From NCBI GenBank assembly GCA_951406725.2, contig OX597819.1, positions 6,696,001 through 6,760,000 on the forward strand: 64,000 bases of DNA, given 5' to 3'. The DNA is from Octopus vulgaris (Eukaryota). Of this stretch, positions 56,551-64,000 are shown piece by piece. Each line of letters opens with the position of its first letter. Position 1 is the stretch's first letter. The notes beneath the pieces are model-generated. The model had not been told where the DNA came from. It saw only the letters and a list, made by a program, of their open reading frames with translations, and made no database searches. Made by a program: the position numbers and the translations under genes.

Positions 56551-57172
56551 TCCCCTAATCTACAAAAATGTTACAAGGCTTTGCATACATACCACGTATT
56601 AATGCGTTGCCTGAATTACTATACACCTTCACCATACAAACAAACATACATCATGCATATTTTATTCCACCATATTACCTTCTATCACATACGCATGTCA
56701 TACTTACGTATACTCAAACACATCCCGCGTATAATTCCTTTCTCCTTCCTACCTTCTACGCGTGTATACCATCAAATATACCCCAGAGCTCAGCAAACAA
56801 ATAGGACTTTCCTACCACTTTTTTCTTCTAGCTTTTTTTTTTTTCCTATTTTTCTCCTTCTTTTCGTCTAGACGAAGAGCTACTGTCCGAAATATTATCA
56901 TTTTATTCCTGTCACACATTTAATACAGTGACATTGCTGTTTATCCGTTGTCTTTTTTCTTTGCCTACACGAATATTTTTACCAGAACAGCAACTTTTAA
57001 TGCTGACGCTGTCTTAACCCAGATTACTCCAAAACTTTTTCTTGTAATAGTGCCAGCTCTTTTGTATATATAGATATATGAACTTACAAATATATTTATG
57101 CATCATGTGATATATATTGATGTGTGTCTTTATGCATATATGTGTGTGTGTGTGCGCGCATGTGTGTATGTG

Positions 57173-57232
<60 letters not shown>

Positions 57233-57844
57233 AGATTTATAAGATAGATAGGTAGATATATATATAGATACAATGATATATACATGCATGTGCATACACA
57301 CACTCACACACACACACACAGAGGTTATATATGCGTGTGTGTGTATATCTGCGTGCCGTTCATGGTATTGATGTATATGTGTATGAGCGTTTGCGTGTTT
57401 GCATATCTGTTTCTGCTATTAGCAAATGCTTTCATGGAAAGAATAAATGTTAAGTAAAACGAATTCTTATAGAGCTGCAGCTAGTCAACTTGATAGGATC
57501 AATAGAAGCGGTAGCATACAGTGGAGACTTATTCTTACTGTGTCTCAAACATATATATCAGTGGCGACTTAATCAAATTATTTCTAAGGTAGAACTTAGA
57601 AATAATTCGTGTCAGAGTAAGCAGATTCTATTTTCAATTAATTACTAACTTAATGATTAATAGTGTATTGTTACCAGATTTGTAGCTGGGACGGTTATTG
57701 TATTCTCTGTGTGAAAAATCTGGCTGCATACACGTTAGCATATGTCAGGTGCATACAATTGACAACAAAGTTAATTAAGATTTATTCAGTGAGTTCTATT
57801 CAACACATGTTTACACGTGGAATTAACAGAATCATTATTAACTT

Positions 57845-58110
57845 TAGATGTTTTGGCCGATAAAGTTGAACTGAAAAACCCTACAACGAGGCATGAATTG
57901 CACGGAGCCGTCTTTCAGTCTTGGGAAGAGCTATCTGAGCGGAAAATTCGTGGATGTATTCAACATCAAACTCGTGTTCGGCATCAAATAGTTGGCTGTC
58001 GTGGAGGTAACAGATTCGTGTGATAGATTTTGTGTTTATTTTTGTTTCATAATATATATTTTTTCGGATGCAGCCAGACTTTTCACACTGTGGTACTTTT
58101 ATAAGCCCGT
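57845..58110 (+). mobile_element. Tc1-like transposase C-terminal relic
   Basis: NPTTRHELHGAVFQSWEEL..I...R...IVGCRGG; ends ...TTTCACACTG. Confidence 0.45.
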
Positions 58111-58511
58111 TTTATCCTCGCTGGGCTGTGTCACTAATGAGGCGAGATAAGCTCAAATGGTTCTTTATTCGAATTATAATACTGCACTGTGTATGTAACC
58201 AAAGACGCTTGGCTATAGTTATTATTATTGTTGTTGCTGTTGTGGTGATTTGGGCAGGGTAGTGGTGGTGGTGGTGGTGGTGGTGGTTGTTTCTGTTGTT
58301 GATGATGGTCTCAGTATTTCAATGGCTCAGCTCAATTTTACTTAAAATTTGAAAATTGTGAGAGAAACCTTAATCTTAAGGACTTTTCGGGGAATTCCAT
58401 TCAAAATGTGGTCCTACATCGAAAGTATTTTACTTCACTGGAACAGACACTCCATTCACGAAAATACCAGTGATGAATTCAAATCTCACCCACTCCGTTA
58501 GTATATAATTA

Positions 58512-58726
58512 ATCCTTTCTACTATGGGCACAAGGCCTGAAATTTTGGAGGAGGGGGATCGTCGTAACTGGTACTTCAGTGCGTTACTGGTTCTCATTTC
58601 AACGAACTCCGAAAGGATGAAAAGCAAAGTCGACCTCGGCATAATTCGAATTCAGAACGTAAGGACGGACTATATGCCGCTTAGCATTATGCCTGTCGTG
58701 CTAACAATTTTACCAGCCCGCGGCCT
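58512..58726 (-). mobile_element. SINE family B
   Basis: Family motifs; TSD-like GTTAGTATATAATTAAT on both sides. Confidence 0.75.
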
Positions 58727-59294
58727 TTAGTTAGTATATAATTAATACAAAATAATATATGTACCTTTCTTTTTGCTCGCATCATAACCTACACAAACCA
58801 ACATCGCAGCAGCAACAGGGTCGGATGACTTGCGAGAAATAGCAACCAAATCACATTAACAACGAACTCTTCTCCTTCAGGAAAAGGAAAATGCATATTT
58901 AGTAATGTATGTATAGAAAGTTTATGCCTGAGAGTATGATGGGGTGGTCATAGACGGAGCATTTGATAATGGCTCTGCTTCATCTGCACATATATATATA
59001 TATATAAAGCAGGATGTGTGTGTGTGTGTGTGTGTGTGTGTACGTGAATGTAATTTATGCACGTCCACAAATTAGCACGCATGTCGCTCCAATTTTAGGT
59101 GGAGATTCGTCACCACCCTACCTGGGTTTTGTCATCTTATTTTTTTCCCGAGGCACCCGCGGATAGCGGTAAAAATCTATTTTCAACCATAGCTTTTACC
59201 AATTTCGAAGGTTGCTAACGTGAGTTAAGTCCTTTCTAGCCAAAGTCAAGCGAAAGTGTGTGTGTGTGAGGGAGAGAGAGAGGCTGTGTGTTGA

Positions 59295-59332
<38 letters not shown>

Positions 59333-59965
59333 TGTGTGTGTGCGTGTGTGAAGGAGAGAGGGTGTTTCACAACCTCTAACAAAAAAAGTAGAGAAAAAGT
59401 ACGTGTAAAGAAGAGTGGGAGCGAGTTTGACAGCGTCTAACAAAAAAAAACAAGGTAAAGACAAAGTGAGAGAGAGAGGGGGGAGTGTAAGTGACAGCGT
59501 TCATAAAAAATAAAATGTAAAACGTTTTGTTTTTTCTTAAACACGAGATATAGTGTTCAAATTTAGGATATTTTGAAAGACACTATATTTTATAATGAGA
59601 TTATATATACTTTCTCACACAACAATTAAAATATATTTATTTTAAATCGTTCATCTTTCTCCCCCTCTCTCATACACATACATTACTTTGGGTGCGAAAG
59701 AGTTTTGTTTTTATTTTACGCCGAGTAAAAAAGTGCTTTGTTGACAATCCATTTATTTAACAACAGAAACAAAGAAGCAGGTAACAATCCGAGGCTTGCA
59801 CCACACCCTACTCCCGTTTTACGGACCACAAAAAGGGTTTTGTAGCAGAAGCCAGAGTAGTTGATTCCACGCAAAAAAACGATTATTTTTCTTAGTGAAA
59901 ATCGTGCAAGTGTTAATCTACAAATTTACCAACATTTTTCCATTCAATTCCATTTATGAACATGT

Positions 59966-60979
59966 ATGCGTGCAAAAAACATATGCAATAGGTGTACGTA
60001 CATACATGTGTGTATGTGTGTTACCTATATATATTTATATTATATTATATTATATTATATTATATATAATAGGAAGCCCAATGATAGACTAAGTTATATT
60101 AATGTAGGTTCATGCCATCCCCCTATAGTATTCAAAAATTTAGTTAAAAATATTAGTAAGAGGATTTCCAGCCTCTCATCTGATGAGGACATCTTCAATA
60201 GCGTTGCCCCAGTTTATAATAAGGCTTTAAAAGATAGTGGTTTTAGCGATAAAATAAAATATACACCTATCACTAGCCCAACAGTAAAGAAAAGGAATAA
60301 TAGAAATAGGAAGGTCATCTGGTTTACGCCCCCTTACTCACCCGAGGTGGCCTTCAATATAGGTAAATATTTCCTAGCACTGATAGATAGACATTTTCCA
60401 GTTAACCATACTTATAGGAAACTCTTCAATAGACACAATTTAAAAATTAGTTTTAGTTCAACTACCAATTTTAAAAACATAATCAAACATAACATACAAA
60501 AAACACAAGAAGAAAACAGCTGTTCATGCAGGAATAAAGAATTGTGCCCGCTAAATGGAGCTTGCATGTCCAAGACCATCATATATGAAGCTACCGTAAA
60601 CTCTATAACCACTAAAGACACCGTTTCGACGAAGAAATACGTGGGCCTTACAGAGGGTAATTTCAAGGCCAGGTTCAATAACCACACTTTGAGCTTTAGG
60701 CACTGGAACAAAAGAAAAGCGACACAATTGTCTAATCATATTTGGTCTTTAAGAGATAAAGGTGTCGATTATAACATACAATGGAAGATTTTGGCCAGAT
60801 GTAAGCCCTATACTAACGGCAGCGGAAGGTGCGGTCTATGCGACATGGAGAGATGGCTTATCTGGAAAAGCAGCTTAGACCCTACTACATGTCTAAATAC
60901 AAGGACAGAGCTTTTCGGATCATGCCCACATGTGACTAAGTTTCTGTTACGTTTTTGGTCCCCTAAAGAAAACAGATAG
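59966..60979 (+). CDS. Penelope-like retroelement ORF, 5'-truncated: RT thumb, Cys-rich linker and C-terminal GIY-YIG endonuclease (real homology begins ~60065; upstream codons are flank/microsatellite)
   Basis: YNRKPND..YINVGSCHPP...ISKRISSLSS (PLE RT thumb); IWFTPPYS; CSCRNKELCPLNGAC; IIYEATV..KKYVGLTEGNFKARFNNH (GIY-YIG); CGLCDMER..LNTRTELFGSCPH. The frame is open to TAG at 60977-60979. The motif layout resembles Naiad-type PLEs (inference). Confidence 0.9.
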   Translation: MRAKNICNRCTYIHVCMCVTYIYLYYIILYYIIYNRKPNDRLSYINVGSCHPPIVFKNLVKNISKRISSLSSDEDIFNSVAPVYNKALKDSGFSDKIKYTPITSPTVKKRNNRNRKVIWFTPPYSPEVAFNIGKYFLALIDRHFPVNHTYRKLFNRHNLKISFSSTTNFKNIIKHNIQKTQEENSCSCRNKELCPLNGACMSKTIIYEATVNSITTKDTVSTKKYVGLTEGNFKARFNNHTLSFRHWNKRKATQLSNHIWSLRDKGVDYNIQWKILARCKPYTNGSGRCGLCDMERWLIWKSSLDPTTCLNTRTELFGSCPHVTKFLLRFWSPKENR

Positions 60980-61347
60980 AACATGCTTTCTATGTTATGT
61001 CCCAAGAAGAATTTATATATTTTTATATATTTTTTATATATTTTTTTATGTATTTTTTATGTATTTTTATATAATTTTTATGACGAAAAATGCGAGCGAT
61101 GTATAAGTACGCAGGCAAGCAGAGTTATAACAGAGTAATTTCCCTTTATTTAACGGTATTTTTTCATAACGTTTTCAAATAGCCAGATAACCGAAGAGAT
61201 GGTGTTGTGGATTTCCACTTCGGCATCTGAAACTCAGAGTTTTATCTTGGCTACCGAGTAATGTAACATATTGTATAGATAAATTTCCCCTATTTACATA
61301 ATATTGAGGTCTCTTTCTTTCTTTTGTTATCTTACCGTTTTATCAAT
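60065..61347 (+). mobile_element. Penelope-like element (truncated ORF + 3' pLTR region with hammerhead) bounded by TA-rich tracts
   Basis: GIY-YIG ORF, then ~370 bp of non-coding sequence containing a hammerhead motif; both ends abut (TA)n/(TATTA)n. Confidence 0.85.
61180..61253 (+). ncRNA. Hammerhead ribozyme (type I, palindromic stem III) in the PLE 3' region
   Basis: TAGCCAGATAA-CCGAAGA-GATG..CATC-T-GAAAC-TCAGA-GTT^TTATCTTGGCTA. Stem I 11 bp with one bulge; stem III ACTC(A)GAGT; core has U4->C and one extra U before GAAA. Confidence 0.75.
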
Positions 61348-61596
61348 ATATATATATATATATAAACTAATTTCAACAGATTTCGCCTAAAATTGATGTC
61401 GATATTACTTAGTTTGGTTTGAAATAAAGAACTTGATTAGCTTAATAATCGTAACTTAATCCCGGGCAAAGCCGGATTATACTGCTAATCAGCACTAACT
61501 TGGAGCTAATCAGCAACTTTCATATCACAATTCTGTTTTAGTTAATTTGTATACTCCCAACGCATTTTCTACGTATGCAATTTAACAATTAAATGG

Positions 61597-61808
61597 GTTT
61601 CAAGTTTTGGCACAAGGCCAGCAACTTCTGGAGGAGTGGGTAAGTTGATTATATCAATCCCAGTCTTCAACTTGTACATATTTTATAGACCTTGAAATGA
61701 TGGAAGAAAAGTCCACCTCGGTGGAATTAGAACCCAGAAAGTGATGGCAGACAAAATGGTGCTAAGCATTTTGCCTGGGCTCTAACGATTCTGTCAACTC
61801 ACCACCAT
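61597..61808 (-). mobile_element. SINE family B (diverged)
   Basis: Family motifs; TTAACAATTAAAT on both flanks. Confidence 0.7.
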
Positions 61809-62524
61809 AACTTAACAATTAAATTGAAATGATATTACATCATCGTGATCTTATTTTGGATTTAATTCTGCGTTTAATTATAATACTTCATAGTGAAATT
61901 CCATATCTCTGATTTACACAAACGGATTTTTGGTGGGAAGGTATATATTATTTTGTCCCATAAAACCACATACAATTGATGAACCGAAAAAAAATGTTTT
62001 TGTTTGTTTTGTTTTTTTACAATATAGATTATATAGATTACGTTAGTTACCTTGCTTGAAACACCATTTTCCTCTGCAACAGAACTCAAAAGTTGTTTTT
62101 TTTTTTATTCTTTCCTTTCTGCAGGACTCGCTTTGACTGAATCGGCAATAAAAGCACGGAATTGATGAGTCTTTTTTCATAAACTACCAATATCTTAGAT
62201 CTGTTCATAGCAAAAGGTCTCCCAATACGAAAGTTTCTTCGCCATTGGATAATACAGGAAGAGAAAACGAGCTTAGAATTGCGTTTAATGTCCGATTATA
62301 AAATGTTATTAAAAGGAACATTTTAGTTGCTATTAGGTTATAAAGTGGAATATTTTTAGTTACTGTTAGTTTAGGAAATGGAGACATATAAAGGCGAGTT
62401 ACTGTTGGTGGTCATGTATACAGTAGAGACTCGGTTGACGTAATGATTGATAAGATCTCATTCTTCAAACCACAGGTGACTGTGTAAACAGAGGAACACA
62501 CACACATACACACACATACATATA

Positions 62525-62560
<36 letters not shown>

Positions 62561-62566
<6 letters not shown>

Positions 62567-63397
62567 AATGAGATAGGGGTTGAAAATTCAACCCACCATG
62601 GGATAATATATATCCAATATACTGCTAGATAGGTACCCAACAAAATTAATACATAGATGTTAAAAATTGTCAAGCAATCAGTTCATCTATTGTATTAAAT
62701 GGGTAAAGGTAATAATATTACCGTAAATTAATACTACAAAATTAGAGAATGGAGAAACATACTTAAATCAGTAAAACATCAACTATCCGATGATACTCAA
62801 TCCATACTTTAATACACCATTACATATGAGTAAAGGCAATATATAAAATGAAATGAGATATACAGTAATAGTAAAAGTAAAAAGATAAAGAGATATAAGT
62901 AAAAAATTTCAAATATAATATGCAAATAAATCAAAACTGACAGCTGTTTCGGCAGTGAGGACAGTCATACCTCATTTAACCTATAAGCCATAAAGGCAGG
63001 TATAAATGAGGCATTAACAAGGATGCCCCACGGCCTCTTCAGAGAATTAAATTAAATTTGTTATAATAGTGAAAAATATTATATAATCATATACATATAA
63101 ATATAAAAATATAAAAATGTAAAATATAAAAACTTATACATCATAATGCTACACTTATATAATATAATACACATTTGTACAAAAAGGAAGGTAAACAGAA
63201 CAAAATAAAACAAAATATATAACAGTGTATATATTAATATTAATAAGTACCGATATTATACATATTTGGCTAATAGTTTTTTTTAATAAAAAAAAAAAAA
63301 AAAAAAGGGGCTAACACATATGGAGATGAAAAATAATAATTAAATCCGTGGTACAGTTCATAAAATTCTAAAGCTATAAAAGTTAATAAAAATTACT

Positions 63398-63441
<44 letters not shown>

Positions 63442-63673
63442 TAATAATAATAAAAAGATACTAAAAATAGATACAGTTAAGATTTGCATATTATATTTGA
63501 ATTTTTTACTTATATCTCTTTATCTTTTTACTTTTACTATTACTGTATATCTCATTTCATTTTATATATTGCCTTTACTCATATGTAATGGTGTATTAAA
63601 GTATGGATTGAGTATCATCGGATAGTTGATGTTTTACTGATTTAAGTATGTTTCTCCATTCTCTAATTTTGTA

Positions 63674-63677
<4 letters not shown>
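62561..63677 (-). mobile_element. Non-coding PLE-pLTR-like element with hammerhead and ~197-bp inverted duplication, flanked by (TA)n
   Basis: 62731-62927 is the reverse complement of 63482-63677; hammerhead at 62931-63050; (TA)n on both sides. Confidence 0.75.
62931..63050 (-). ncRNA. Hammerhead ribozyme motif with long (~85 nt) stem II
   Basis: Minus strand: TTAATTCT-CTGAAGA-GGC...GCC-GAAAC-AGCT-GTC^AGTTTTGA. Stem III is the palindrome ACAGCTGT; stem II contains GTGGGG/CCTCAC and TGCCTCATTTA/TAAATGAGGTA; stem I is weak. Confidence 0.75.
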
Positions 63678-63728
<51 letters not shown>

Positions 63729-64000
63729 ACGGCTTCTTTAATTTTCCAACACCCAAAACCACTCAAAAGACTTCGGTCAGCCCAAAGCTATCGTAGAAGA
63801 CACTTGCCCAAAGCACCACACAGTGGGACTGAACCCGAAACCATGTGGTTTGGAAGCAAACTTCTTACCACATAGCCATGCCTTGAAAATTATTTCGACT
63901 TTGCATAGACTTAAACAGTTAACATTCATAACTGTCCCGGACAGTCCATGCTGTTGCCATTCGTGTAGATATTTCGTCTGAGCTTTGCAATTATAGAACA

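Larger units (their letters stand above)
58990..61489 (+). mobile_element. Possible non-autonomous Helitron hosting the PLE insertion
   Basis: 5' ATATATATAAAG-(TG)n start; 3' CCGGGCAAAGCCGG hairpin followed by CTAA (61462-61488). Confidence 0.4.

Noticed and set aside
56868-56902. CTAGACGAAGAGCTACTGTCCGAAATATTATC, hammerhead-like
   Set aside because: Core and stems II/I too degenerate to support
60980-61180. Possible SECIS element in the PLE 3' UTR
   Set aside because: No in-frame UGA in the visible ORF and no convincing AUGA/AA/GA kink-turn stem by eye

Overview
AT-rich eukaryotic genomic DNA saturated with microsatellites ((TA)n, (TATG)n, (GATA)n, (AAT)n, (AGT)n) and decayed mobile elements. 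The repeat repertoire resembles a mollusc, probably a cephalopod such as Octopus (inference). No complete host gene is visible, and nearly all long ORFs in the track are microsatellite artefacts. Recognisable content: three tRNA-derived SINE families (many copies with 11-13 bp TSDs); many fragments of R4/Dong-type RLE LINEs stacked in (AAT)n; RTE- and CR1-like LINE ends; Tc1/mariner relics; Helitron-like ends; and a 5'-truncated Penelope-like element (PLE) with an open RT-thumb + GIY-YIG frame (60065-60979). The most notable signal is a dense set of minimal type-I hammerhead ribozyme motifs (CUGANGA...GAAAC-palindrome-NUH): one in the PLE 3' region and others in short non-coding elements, almost all next to (TA)n. 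Two of these elements are >1-mer tandem copies of 482-nt and 455-nt units, and four carry 100-200 bp inverted duplications. This is consistent with a PLE-mobilised retrozyme/circular-RNA system. All motifs were read by eye; no searches or folding programs were run.
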